From the NCBI GenBank assembly GCA_048938385.1, contig JBHLMG010000003.1, positions 1 through 64,000 of the forward strand: DNA of 64,000 nucleotides, written 5' to 3'. The position numbers and the translations under genes are program-made. The notes beneath the pieces were generated by a model. It was not told the origin of the DNA. It made no database searches and saw only the letters and a program-made list of their open reading frames with translations. Shown here one piece after another: positions 1-9,312 of this stretch; position 1 is the stretch's first letter, and every line of letters starts with the position of its first letter. This stretch comes from Promethearchaeota archaeon (lineage in GTDB: Archaea > Asgardarchaeota > Hermodarchaeia > Hermodarchaeales > Hermodarchaeaceae).

Positions 1-20
1 GTAGACTTTGGAACCTTCAT
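1..20 (-). CDS. 5' end of a gene running off the window (MKVPKS...), possibly ribosomal protein L44e
   Basis: ATG at 20..18 on the minus strand with an AT-rich TATA-like segment just upstream. MKVPK resembles archaeal L44e N-termini, but only 6 codons are visible. Confidence 0.2.
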
Positions 21-150
21 GGTGAAATTAGAATAAACATATACGCTGTATTAATACATTGGTGTAAAAAGGCAAGAGCAAACAGATTGACAGGCTATTG
101 GGAACTGAAATGGCTATTCAACCGGATCTTGTGTTAGGATGCCAATTATA

Positions 151-230
151 ACCAATTCGAACCAATTCGAACCAATTCGAACCAATTCGAACCAATTCGA
201 ACCAATTCGAACCAATTCGAACCAATTCGA
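151..230. repeat. Tandem repeat, 8 perfect copies of ACCAATTCGA
   Basis: Read directly; a degenerate unit GCCAATTATA precedes it at 141-150. Confidence 0.98.
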
Positions 231-348
231 AGAAGAAATCAAATCCTAATAATTTCTATCTCCTCCATCAGTCGTAATTTCATATGGTTTAAATTTATTT
301 GACGCGAAGGGGGTGAAATCAGTCCCCCCTCATCAAGAATAAAAAGAA

Positions 349-1557
349 ATGAACTTCATGACAAATCTATCGTATGATGTCGCAGTTGTGGGCGCAGGCC
401 CTGCTGGTTGTACTGCCGCAAGAGTCGCTGGGCAACACGGGCTAAAAACCATCGTTTTTGATAGCCGCAAACAGGTTGGCATTCCAGTCCAATGTGGTGA
501 ATACTTACCCGTTCCCAAAGAAATGGAAGACTTACTCCCTAAATCCCCGCGTGTGGCTCGGCTCCTTGATGTTCCTGAAGAGGTAATTACCAATCGCTGC
601 TCGCGTCTTTTACTTGTCTCACCTGCTAATCGGACCTTTGAATTCCCGTTGGTTTCGAATGTAATTGATCGTGCTAAGTTTGTTCAACATCTTGCACAGC
701 AAGCAGAAGCTGCAGGAGTCCAAATTAAGTTACAAACCCCGGTTTTAAAACGAACGAGCTCTAATCAGTTGATTATTCGCAGTAATTCTGGACGACAAAA
801 AATCCACGCTAAGGTAATAATTGGTGCTGATGGAGCCCAATCACGAATAGCTCGTTCCATTGGTGTGTATTATAAAAATAAACCTCGAGATTTGTCCATG
901 ACCATCCAATATGTCATGACTAATGTGAAATGTGACCCTGATGTTACAGAGATGTATTTTGGAAGCCAAATCGCCCCTGGAGGTTATGCTTGGGTTATTC
1001 CAAAAAGTGAATCAACAGTTAATGTTGGGCTTGGTTTTCGTCAACCATTTGCGAGGATCCCTGAAACCGCATTAGCTTATCTCCATCGGTTTATCTACTC
1101 TTATCCTGCCAACATCGAACGTATGAAAGGAGGCAAAGTACTTCGAAAAACTGGCGCAATCGTCCCTGCTGGCGGTCCTGTCCAGCGAACTTATTCTGAT
1201 ACTGTTCTTCTAGTTGGTGATGCTGCGGGTCATGTCATGGCTTCGAATGGTGGGGGGATTCCCACAGCGTTAGGAGGTGGTGAACTCGCTGGAATTGCAG
1301 CCGCTCACCATATCCAAGAAAATAGACCATTAAGCTGGTATGAAGAAGCGTGGAAAAATGAATTTGGCAAGGAGTTAAAGTCAGCTTTGGGGATTCTTCG
1401 AATTGCTGACAAAATCATGGCCTCGGATAGTTTGACTGATCTTTGTATGCGACTAGCTGGTCCTCAGATTCTAAGACGCTTAATCAGATGCAAGCTTCCT
1501 TTCACGGTGAAATTGGTTTCCAAAACTTTAGTAAAATTTCTGGCGTTGTTATCCTAA
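349..1557 (+). CDS. Geranylgeranyl reductase family flavoprotein
   Basis: VVGAGPAG FAD motif, PVQCGE, IGADG, APGGYAWVIPK, LLVGDAAG..GGGI. Confidence 0.92.
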   Translation: MNFMTNLSYDVAVVGAGPAGCTAARVAGQHGLKTIVFDSRKQVGIPVQCGEYLPVPKEMEDLLPKSPRVARLLDVPEEVITNRCSRLLLVSPANRTFEFPLVSNVIDRAKFVQHLAQQAEAAGVQIKLQTPVLKRTSSNQLIIRSNSGRQKIHAKVIIGADGAQSRIARSIGVYYKNKPRDLSMTIQYVMTNVKCDPDVTEMYFGSQIAPGGYAWVIPKSESTVNVGLGFRQPFARIPETALAYLHRFIYSYPANIERMKGGKVLRKTGAIVPAGGPVQRTYSDTVLLVGDAAGHVMASNGGGIPTALGGGELAGIAAAHHIQENRPLSWYEEAWKNEFGKELKSALGILRIADKIMASDSLTDLCMRLAGPQILRRLIRCKLPFTVKLVSKTLVKFLALLS

Positions 1558-1640
1558 TGAAAAAGAAGAGTCTTCAAATAGTCAAAACTGTAGAGACTAT
1601 CAAGAAATTATCTGATGCTTACTCATTTGTTAATAATGCC

Positions 1641-1662
1641 CAATATGTACATACACATATTG
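1641..1662. promoter_or_regulatory. Perfect 8-bp inverted repeat (CAATATGT-N6-ACATATTG), candidate operator upstream of the polyprenyl synthase
   Basis: Intergenic palindrome immediately followed by an AT-rich TATA-like stretch. Confidence 0.4.
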
Positions 1663-1700
1663 CATATATTGTAAAAAGTGAACAAAGGAGCTTTCGATGA

Positions 1701-2762
1701 ATGCCAAAGCAGAACCCAACATCCGTCAATAACCAATTTCCTTCCTCTTTAGCTATTAGTGCGTCAAGTACTAAACCTGCAACGGATCAGAGTACACCAT
1801 TCTTGGAAAGTGAACATGTCCAGAAACGGATTGTTCTCATCAATGAGGCAGTAATGAATTATCTTCAAACAGTAAAGGGAGAACCAGAAGTTTTGTATAA
1901 TGCGGCTCACCACCTTATTGTTGCAGGGGGTAAACGGCTCCGATCACTGGTCACCTTACTTTGTTGCGAAGCGGTTGGCGGTTCCATTGACAAAATCCTA
2001 CCAATAACGGTCGCTGCTGAGCTACTACAAGCTGCGAGCTTAATCCACGATGATATTATCGACAATGATGATCTTCGTCGCGGTGTTCCAACAGTGCATA
2101 AAGCATTTGGCCCTGATGTCGCAATTCTTGCCGGCGATTTTCTTATTGCTCAAGCTTTTCGAATTATTGGTACACACGGATCTCCAGAACTTGTAGCGAA
2201 TATCGGTGCTGGCGGTGTTCGTATGTGTGAGGGTGAGGTTTTTGATCTTTTTATTTCTCCTAAGAATGAAGATGTTTTCACCACAGAAGAGTACCTTACA
2301 ATGATTAAATTAAAAACCGCTGTATTTTTTGAGCAAGCAGCACGAACAGGTGCCATCGTCGGTGAAGCCTCACCAGAAAAATGTGAAGCTTTAGCCCAAT
2401 ACGGTTCATTCTTTGGGTTCGCTTTCCAACTTAGAGATGATGTGTTAGATATTCAGGCTTCCCAGCAAAAGCTCAAAAAAACAACTTTTTCCGATTTTCG
2501 AATGAAACGTGGGAATTATCCACTAATTTATGCGCTCGAAGCTTGCTCCAAAAGTCAACGAACACATTGCCTTGACGCGCTTGATAATCAACAATGGGAC
2601 AAAGTTCTCAAACTAATTGAAAAAAGCAAAGCGATTGAATCTACCATGCACCTTGCCCAGAGCTACGCTGAAAGAGCAAAGGCGGTTCTCCAAAAACACG
2701 GATTTCAAAATAAAACAATCCTTGAACGACTTGCTGACTTCACTGTTCATCGAGAATTTTGA
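1701..2762 (+). CDS. Polyprenyl diphosphate synthase (GGPP synthase family)
   Basis: GGKRLR, FARM LIHDDIID..RRG, KTA, SARM FQLRDDVLD. True start may be downstream. Confidence 0.93.
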   Translation: MPKQNPTSVNNQFPSSLAISASSTKPATDQSTPFLESEHVQKRIVLINEAVMNYLQTVKGEPEVLYNAAHHLIVAGGKRLRSLVTLLCCEAVGGSIDKILPITVAAELLQAASLIHDDIIDNDDLRRGVPTVHKAFGPDVAILAGDFLIAQAFRIIGTHGSPELVANIGAGGVRMCEGEVFDLFISPKNEDVFTTEEYLTMIKLKTAVFFEQAARTGAIVGEASPEKCEALAQYGSFFGFAFQLRDDVLDIQASQQKLKKTTFSDFRMKRGNYPLIYALEACSKSQRTHCLDALDNQQWDKVLKLIEKSKAIESTMHLAQSYAERAKAVLQKHGFQNKTILERLADFTVHREF

Positions 2763-2793
2763 TCTTTAAAAATCATGGATAGGAGCCATTATC

Positions 2794-3855
2794 TTGCCTG
2801 AAACTAATGAACAGCGCCCAAACAAATTTCGAATATGGTTGAGTGAGCTTCGCCTCCCTTTTACTACGGTATCAATCGTACCCATTCTGCTTGGAACCGC
2901 AATTGCTTGGGGACTAACTGGTATCTTTCTTTTGGATATCTTCCTTCTCACACTAATCGGTGGAGTATTCATTCATCTAGGTGCTAATGTAGCAAACGAT
3001 TATTGGGATTATCAACAAGGTTCAGACAATATTAATGTCGACTACATAAGACCCTTTACTGGTGGAAGCCGCATAATCCAACGGGAGCTTCTCTCTCCAC
3101 GGGCGGTGCTAGCCGGTTCTATTGTGCTTTTGGGAATAGGAGCAATCATTGGCCTGTATTTGACTTTCACTCGTGGACTACTGGTGTTGATTCTCGGAGG
3201 ATTAGGTATTTTCCTAGCCTTTTTCTATTCCGCCCCTCCAATTAAATTCGTAAGCCGCGGAATTGGCGAAATTGTCATCGGGATCTGTTTCGGGGTATTC
3301 CTCACATTTGGTGCCTTTTACACTCAAACCCAAATTTTTGCCTGGGAACCTATAATACTATCTCTTCCCATCGCACTTCTCGTATCTGCAATTCTCTACA
3401 TAAACGAATTTGCAGATTTCAGAGCAGATAGAGATTCTGGGAAACATACCTTAGTCGTTAGGTTAGGTCGACAAGGAGCTGCAAAGCTTTATGTTGCCAT
3501 TTTGATTCTGGTGTATCTCATCATTGTATTAGCTGTCTTCTTCAGAATCACGACTTGGTATTCTTTACTCATCTTCTCAACCCTTCCTCTTAGCATTCTT
3601 GGCGCACGATACACACTGAAATTTTATGAGCAACCAATGGCGATGATACCTGCTAACATCTCAACCATCGTCAATCATCTATTGACAGGTATCACACTCA
3701 CTCTTGCCCATATCTTTCTACTACTTAGTGTGCTTTACACACATGACTTGGTCCAATTCATCGTCATCGTAGTAGGAATCCTAAGCTTCCTCTTTGCTGC
3801 CTTCTTTGCTCGACGCGTTCATAAACAAACACAGGCACTAATGCAGGCCAGCTAG
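2794..3855 (+). CDS. menA: 1,4-dihydroxy-2-naphthoate prenyltransferase (UbiA superfamily)
   Basis: NDYWD, TGGSR, YSAPP..GIGE, INEFADFRAD..SGKHTLVVRLG; multiple TM helices. Confidence 0.85.
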   Translation: MPETNEQRPNKFRIWLSELRLPFTTVSIVPILLGTAIAWGLTGIFLLDIFLLTLIGGVFIHLGANVANDYWDYQQGSDNINVDYIRPFTGGSRIIQRELLSPRAVLAGSIVLLGIGAIIGLYLTFTRGLLVLILGGLGIFLAFFYSAPPIKFVSRGIGEIVIGICFGVFLTFGAFYTQTQIFAWEPIILSLPIALLVSAILYINEFADFRADRDSGKHTLVVRLGRQGAAKLYVAILILVYLIIVLAVFFRITTWYSLLIFSTLPLSILGARYTLKFYEQPMAMIPANISTIVNHLLTGITLTLAHIFLLLSVLYTHDLVQFIVIVVGILSFLFAAFFARRVHKQTQALMQAS

Positions 3856-5180
3856 GAGTAGATCGGTTCAACTCCAAGGATCTCACACAAGTCATACAGC
3901 TCATCGACTACATCATCATAAACCATGTGCAGGTGATTGGAACGCAAATTCTGAATGAAGAGATCAGGATCGCCTTCAAGGTTAACGAACGCATGTGGCC
4001 AGCGATCACGCGCTTCTTTGAATAATTCTTTGTCTTGAACAAAAACCTCACCATTCGCAATCTGCATCACATACTCACCACCCACACGAGCTAAACGCGC
4101 TAAAGTTACCCGACCAGCCTTACAACTGAAAGTAGGGCATGCTCCTCCAGCTTTACCCATATACTCGTATTGAGGGTTCCAATCCACATCCTTTGGTGAT
4201 GTTGCCATATCAGTAGCTATTGTTCCGCAATTTACTAACCGTAAGATACCTGTGTTCATGTCCAAATCATTGACATCGGCAAATAGGACCGGTTGTCCGC
4301 TCAATAGATGTAATATTTGCATTGTGAACGCTGCGTTCATGTCTGCTTCACATGAAATCATGATGCCCTCATTAATCATCCAAGAAATTGGGAGACATCC
4401 ACTTACATAATTATCAATGAATTCTGGTTGACACTTAAACCCCCCAAAGGCGTACCCTTCTGAGTGCATCATATCTTTCATAGCTAGATACAATCGAACG
4501 CTTTTCTCCATTACCTCGTCGGAGACATTGACGGAACCATAGGTTTTCTTCGCCCAAGCCATCTTCTCCTTTACTTTCTTTTCTGGCACTTTCTGGGCAT
4601 CAAGGAACAACCGTAACATATCCACTTGTTCAATCTCTGTGCCAAAAATATCCTTGATTTGGCTGAAATCAACTGCCGCAGTGACCATGCCCATAGTCTT
4701 TCCACCAATTACGACGGCTTTACTGCGAGTCAGCTTATCGTAAGCCATTGCTGCCCGGCAATAAGTGGTGATGGTTCTGAGGACATTGGAGTTGTTTGGC
4801 TCACCGTACACGAAGCGATGGTGTAGACCTACCTCGTCAAGACTACCATGGGTGATGGCTGCCCCTACGAGGCTAAACGCTGCAGGGCTGCGGTAGCCAT
4901 AAACGATACTGGGAAGCGCTGTGGCTTGTATGGCGGAAACGACCATCGGCGCGTAGATCCAGGTCCCGATATTATAGATAATGCACTGAAGGCCCTGATA
5001 GGCCATGTCCTCAGAGACTCGAATTGCGTCCTCCATAGTAAGGACGAGGTTTTTTTCAGGAGTCACCTCGAGGGGTTGGGTTTTCAACGCAACGAGGAGC
5101 TCTTTATGAGCTTGTTCGGCAATGTCAGTGCGTTCCCGTGGCAAAGAGAGGGTGATGAGGCCGACCTTAGGTTTGAACAT
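3852..5180 (-). CDS. L-fucose/L-arabinose isomerase family protein
   Basis: KCQPEF, SCEADMN, LFADVN, LVNCG, GRVTLARL, WPHAF, SNHLHMVYDD. Confidence 0.85.
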   Translation of the reverse strand: MFKPKVGLITLSLPRERTDIAEQAHKELLVALKTQPLEVTPEKNLVLTMEDAIRVSEDMAYQGLQCIIYNIGTWIYAPMVVSAIQATALPSIVYGYRSPAAFSLVGAAITHGSLDEVGLHHRFVYGEPNNSNVLRTITTYCRAAMAYDKLTRSKAVVIGGKTMGMVTAAVDFSQIKDIFGTEIEQVDMLRLFLDAQKVPEKKVKEKMAWAKKTYGSVNVSDEVMEKSVRLYLAMKDMMHSEGYAFGGFKCQPEFIDNYVSGCLPISWMINEGIMISCEADMNAAFTMQILHLLSGQPVLFADVNDLDMNTGILRLVNCGTIATDMATSPKDVDWNPQYEYMGKAGGACPTFSCKAGRVTLARLARVGGEYVMQIANGEVFVQDKELFKEARDRWPHAFVNLEGDPDLFIQNLRSNHLHMVYDDVVDELYDLCEILGVEPIYS

Positions 5181-5304
5181 ATGAGATCCTCTGTTACTAT
5201 CACACGGATAGGGATGTGAATCTTAGTACTCGTAGACTGATTGCGTTAAAAGCCTTTACAACATCGTTTTCCTAGTTAGGTTTCAAGGATGCTGAGCTGA
5301 AGGT

Positions 5305-6132
5305 CTATCGGTTTGCATCAGGTTCGTCATCAAAGCTTCCGAAACGATACCCTTGCATATCAATAGTGACATGCTCGTAACCTAATGCTGTGAACTGCTT
5401 TACAATTTTCTCAGCAACTTCTTTTACTAGTAATCGAGGAATATCTTCAGGTGAAACCTCTATTCTAGCAATCGTTCCATGGTCGCGTACCCGTAAAATG
5501 TCAATGGCAACCATAGTGCGGAGCGCGACTTCAGCTGCCGAAACACGAGCTAACCGCTCCAGCGTTAGTCGTTCCCCATAGGGAATTCGAGTAGCAAGAC
5601 AGCTATTCGACGGTTTATCTGCGACTGGAAGTTGATACTGATGAGCGAGTCGCCGGGACTCGGATTTAACTATCCCGGCTTCTCGCAGAGGACTGATGAT
5701 TCCTAGTTCTTCGATAGCTCGAAAGCCTGGACGGTGTTCCCCTTCATCGCTCACTGTTGAACCATCAACCACAGCCCTTAAACCTAATTTCACGGCGGTT
5801 ACTTGCGCTTGACGGAATCGGAGGAGTTTACAATGGTAACAACGATCGCGTGGGTTCTTTGCAATAGCTGTGCCTTTGAGTTCATCTATTGAATAAACTC
5901 GATGTTCAATACCAATCGTCTCTGCAACTTTGCGCGCATCTTCGACTTCTTCAGGAGGCATGAGGGGAGACTCGAAGGTCACAGCAACTGCTTTTGATTT
6001 CAAAGCATCATAGGCTAGCGCGGCGACTACAGAACTGTCTACTCCTCCAGAAAGAGCAACAAGAACGCTCCCTAACTCTTTAAGACGATGGATGATGCGA
6101 TTCTTCTTCTGATCAAGTAAGTCGTCCCTCAA
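5305..6132 (-). CDS. larE: ATP-dependent sulfur transferase LarE (nickel-pincer cofactor biosynthesis)
   Basis: PP-loop ALSGGVDS, RCYHCK, RPG, SCLATRIPYG, RVRDHG.IARIE. Confidence 0.93.
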   Translation of the reverse strand: MRDDLLDQKKNRIIHRLKELGSVLVALSGGVDSSVVAALAYDALKSKAVAVTFESPLMPPEEVEDARKVAETIGIEHRVYSIDELKGTAIAKNPRDRCYHCKLLRFRQAQVTAVKLGLRAVVDGSTVSDEGEHRPGFRAIEELGIISPLREAGIVKSESRRLAHQYQLPVADKPSNSCLATRIPYGERLTLERLARVSAAEVALRTMVAIDILRVRDHGTIARIEVSPEDIPRLLVKEVAEKIVKQFTALGYEHVTIDMQGYRFGSFDDEPDANR

Positions 6133-7430
6133 AGTACCTCATCTCCTTTCCCGAACTTTTCCTGTCGTGCTAGAGCTTCCGCCTTTTGAGCAATTTTCGC
6201 AAAAGGATACCCAGTCTTCTCCGCTACCAGCTTAACATCATCGAATTCAGCTTTCAGCTGTAAAACTTTCCCTTTACGATCACTGGCAATTTTTACGCGA
6301 ACCGTGAAAACCTGATTGTTCACTTGAATTTGGACCGTTTGTATTTCTCGTGCTAATAAGTGACGATCTGGTCGACTTACACGGACGCCAAGGCTGCCCG
6401 TTTCAGATACAAGTAAATAAGCCAGCCGCTCCTCATCTTCTGGAGCCGCTATGACAGAAAGTAAATGCCCTGGTCGATTCTTCTTAGTAGTCGTCGGAAT
6501 AATCGTCACATCTTTTGCACCGTGATTGATAAGTTCCTGAATCAGGTAGCCCAAGGTTTCACCAGTTACATCATCGACATTCGTTTCAATGAGAATTACT
6601 TGATCTTGGTAAAGACGAAGCTCTGAGAGAGGTGTTCCACGAACCACTTTCAGTAAATTCGGAATATCAGGTAGCTCTCCTGTCCCTGCACCATAGCCAA
6701 CTTCAAGCGGTTGGAACTGCGGGTAAACTTCAATCGAAGTTGGGTTCAAGGCCGCAAGAAGAGCTGCACCCGTTGGTGTTGTAAGCTCCCTTGAAATGGG
6801 GCCACCCTTGAAAATAAACTGATTCTTAGTTAGTATGTGCGTCACAGCAGGTCCCGGGGTCGTTAGCTGACCGTGTCCACTTGGGAATGATCCACCACCC
6901 ACCGCGATTGGCAGGACAAAATATCGCGCCTTCTTGGGATCAACGAGTTTGAGCTGATCAAGCGCAGTAGCGGCTCCAATAACATCGATGACAGTATCAA
7001 CGGATCCAGCCCCATGGAGGTGAACCTTTTCAGGCGGATGGCGGTGAACAAATGCCTCCGCTTCGACTAGATGCCGGATTGCACGATTTGCATAGGCTGC
7101 CGCTTCTGTGGAGAGGTTGAGATCTGTGCTCATGGCTTCTACGGCATTGAGAAGAACTTGACCTGATCGAGTTGTGAATGATTCCTCCAGTTTAATGTCA
7201 AGGTAGAGTCCACCGATGTGACTTCGCGTAACTGGCAGAAGAGTCACTTTCACCGCTGTACAATCTGGAACATAATCTACTGCTGACTCCATAGCAGCAA
7301 TCACAGGGTCCGGTTCAATGCCTAAATCGAGGAGAGCGGCAACAAACATGTCCCCTGCAATACCAGCCATTTGGGGATCAACAATAAGCATCTGATTGCA
7401 CGACATTAATAACTCCCTATGAGTTGACAA
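6129..7430 (-). CDS. larC: Nickel insertion protein LarC
   Basis: GIAGDM, ELTTPTGAALL, GYGAG, PNLL, IETNVDD, KKNRPG, ETGSLGVR, KAEFDD. Confidence 0.92.
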   Translation of the reverse strand: MSTHRELLMSCNQMLIVDPQMAGIAGDMFVAALLDLGIEPDPVIAAMESAVDYVPDCTAVKVTLLPVTRSHIGGLYLDIKLEESFTTRSGQVLLNAVEAMSTDLNLSTEAAAYANRAIRHLVEAEAFVHRHPPEKVHLHGAGSVDTVIDVIGAATALDQLKLVDPKKARYFVLPIAVGGGSFPSGHGQLTTPGPAVTHILTKNQFIFKGGPISRELTTPTGAALLAALNPTSIEVYPQFQPLEVGYGAGTGELPDIPNLLKVVRGTPLSELRLYQDQVILIETNVDDVTGETLGYLIQELINHGAKDVTIIPTTTKKNRPGHLLSVIAAPEDEERLAYLLVSETGSLGVRVSRPDRHLLAREIQTVQIQVNNQVFTVRVKIASDRKGKVLQLKAEFDDVKLVAEKTGYPFAKIAQKAEALARQEKFGKGDEVL

Positions 7431-7477
7431 ATCTTCAACCTTTAATACACTCGGTTTGACTATGAGAATCTGGTGAG

Positions 7478-8281
7478 TTGATTATGAGCGAACTCCGGAA
7501 AATATTAGAAAAGCTTGCTCAAGGAGAATATTCCATTGATGAGGCTGAAGGCAAACTCCGGGTCTTCAACATCGTCGAAGTGGCACGACTAGCTAAGCTA
7601 GATGTGAGCCGAGATACACGGAAAGGCATTCCTGAGGTTGTTTATGCCCATCACAAAACGGTTGATGACTTGCTGCAAATTATCGAACAAGGCATGCAGG
7701 TTAAACCATTCCTAATTCTCAGTCAACTCTCCAAAGAGCAGGAACAAGTTATCCAAAAACGCATTCACCAACTCCGACCAGAACGACATTATATTTTCGA
7801 TGTCTATGGGGACGGTTCAATTGCTGTAATTCGAACCCCTGAATATAAACCGACAATGATGGGAGGAAAAATTGGCATCATCGCCGCGGGTACTTCTGAT
7901 CGACAGGCTGCAGAAGCCGCACGAGTGATGGCAGAACAAATGGGCTGTCAAGTACTGGTTACTTTTGATGTTGGTGTCGCAGGAGTTCACCGGCTTTTTC
8001 CTGAACTCGCTGACATGATTGACCAAGGGATTGATGTACTCATCGTTGCTGCAGGCATGGAAGGAGCGCTACCTTCATTGGTTACGGGACTTGTTGATAT
8101 CCCTGTGATCGGTTTACCCATCGCTACAGGGTATGGTCTAGGAGGTGAAGGTTTAGGTGCGTTAATATCGATGCTCCAATCATGTTCCCTTGGGCTTGCA
8201 GTGGTAAACATCAATAATGGGGTTGGGGCAGGAGCTATCGCTGCTTTAATCGCAAATAGGGTCGCTCGAAAAAAACTTTGA
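7478..8281 (+). CDS. larB: NaAD carboxylase/hydrolase LarB (PurE-like)
   Basis: RKGIPEVVY, AGTSD, DVGVAGVHRL, AGMEGALPS, GYG, VVNINNG. Confidence 0.93.
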   Translation: MIMSELRKILEKLAQGEYSIDEAEGKLRVFNIVEVARLAKLDVSRDTRKGIPEVVYAHHKTVDDLLQIIEQGMQVKPFLILSQLSKEQEQVIQKRIHQLRPERHYIFDVYGDGSIAVIRTPEYKPTMMGGKIGIIAAGTSDRQAAEAARVMAEQMGCQVLVTFDVGVAGVHRLFPELADMIDQGIDVLIVAAGMEGALPSLVTGLVDIPVIGLPIATGYGLGGEGLGALISMLQSCSLGLAVVNINNGVGAGAIAALIANRVARKKL

Positions 8282-8496
8282 TTGCACTTTAAAGAAAACC
8301 GCAAAGGTTGTCACACAGCTCATGGAACTGAAAGAGGTTTTAAGAAGGTTTCAACCGCAAAATAATCTGGATTTCCAGTTCTTGGCGATTTACAATCGCT
8401 GGGTGGAACGATGGGGAAGAAAAGAAATCCAGCGGAATAGCTTCTGTGAGCTAATCCACGGTGTCAAGGAATTCCTCAACGGTGCGGTGGAACAAA

Positions 8497-9084
8497 ATGC
8501 AACCCAACCCAGTTGGCTGGGTATCATCGGGAGATGAAGGCTTACCACGTAAAGCCGTAATGAAACTCATTGTTGTAGGTGACGGCGGTGTTGGCAAAAC
8601 TACCCTCATTCACCGCTACCTCACCGGGGACTACTTAGACCAACGAATGACCGTTGGTTCTGGGTTCGCTACCCGTGATATTTCTGTAGAAGGTATAATA
8701 ATACGCCTCGCAATCTGGGATTTTGCGGGTGAAGAAAGATTCAGGTTCCTCATGCCTCGATACTGTCAAGGCGCCCTTGGATGCCTGCTCGCCTTTGATT
8801 TAACACGTATCTCTACATTTTTTCACCTCGATGACTGGTTATCACTTGTTCGTGAAAACACCAACAACATCCCAATCCTTTTGATTGGGACAAAACTGGA
8901 TGCAGTACATCAAACCTCCTCTGAGGCCAAGGAGTATGCTGAAACTCACGAGCTAGCAGGGTACCTTGAGACAAGTTCAAAAGAAGGTGTCAATGTTACA
9001 GAAGCCTTTGACTTAGTTTCTAACCTGATGTGGAACCGACTAACAACATCCGAACCTCAGACTGTAAACACTTGGATAGTCTAA
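8497..9084 (+). CDS. Rab/Ras-superfamily small GTPase
   Basis: G1 GDGGVGKT, G2 MTVG, G3 WDFAGE, G4 GTKLD, G5 ETSSK. Start uncertain (8461, 8497 or 8560). Confidence 0.92.
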   Translation: MQPNPVGWVSSGDEGLPRKAVMKLIVVGDGGVGKTTLIHRYLTGDYLDQRMTVGSGFATRDISVEGIIIRLAIWDFAGEERFRFLMPRYCQGALGCLLAFDLTRISTFFHLDDWLSLVRENTNNIPILLIGTKLDAVHQTSSEAKEYAETHELAGYLETSSKEGVNVTEAFDLVSNLMWNRLTTSEPQTVNTWIV

Positions 9085-9312
9085 CATTTTTCAAGAGTCA
9101 TTTGGCTATCCGAACATTTTCCTTGAATCCTTACAATCTCTTTTTCAATGCTATCTGGAAAATCGAAGGAGAGAAACAACTGTTGGTAGATTTGTCCATG
9201 GTTAGGATAATCAGGGGTGAATAAGTTTTGGACAACGGAAACAAACTTAACTATCCCTCTGCACCGGTTTAACCCCGACAGGGGGGAAATCCATTTCACC
9301 GAGATGCAAATT

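Noticed and set aside
151-230. CRISPR array
   Set aside because: 10-bp units with no spacers, and no cas genes
308-331. GGGGG/CCCCC hairpin upstream of the reductase as an ncRNA
   Set aside because: Single short stem with no family features
1443-1700. 85-aa ORF between the reductase and the prenyl synthase
   Set aside because: Overlaps the reductase 3' end and covers an AT-rich promoter-like region
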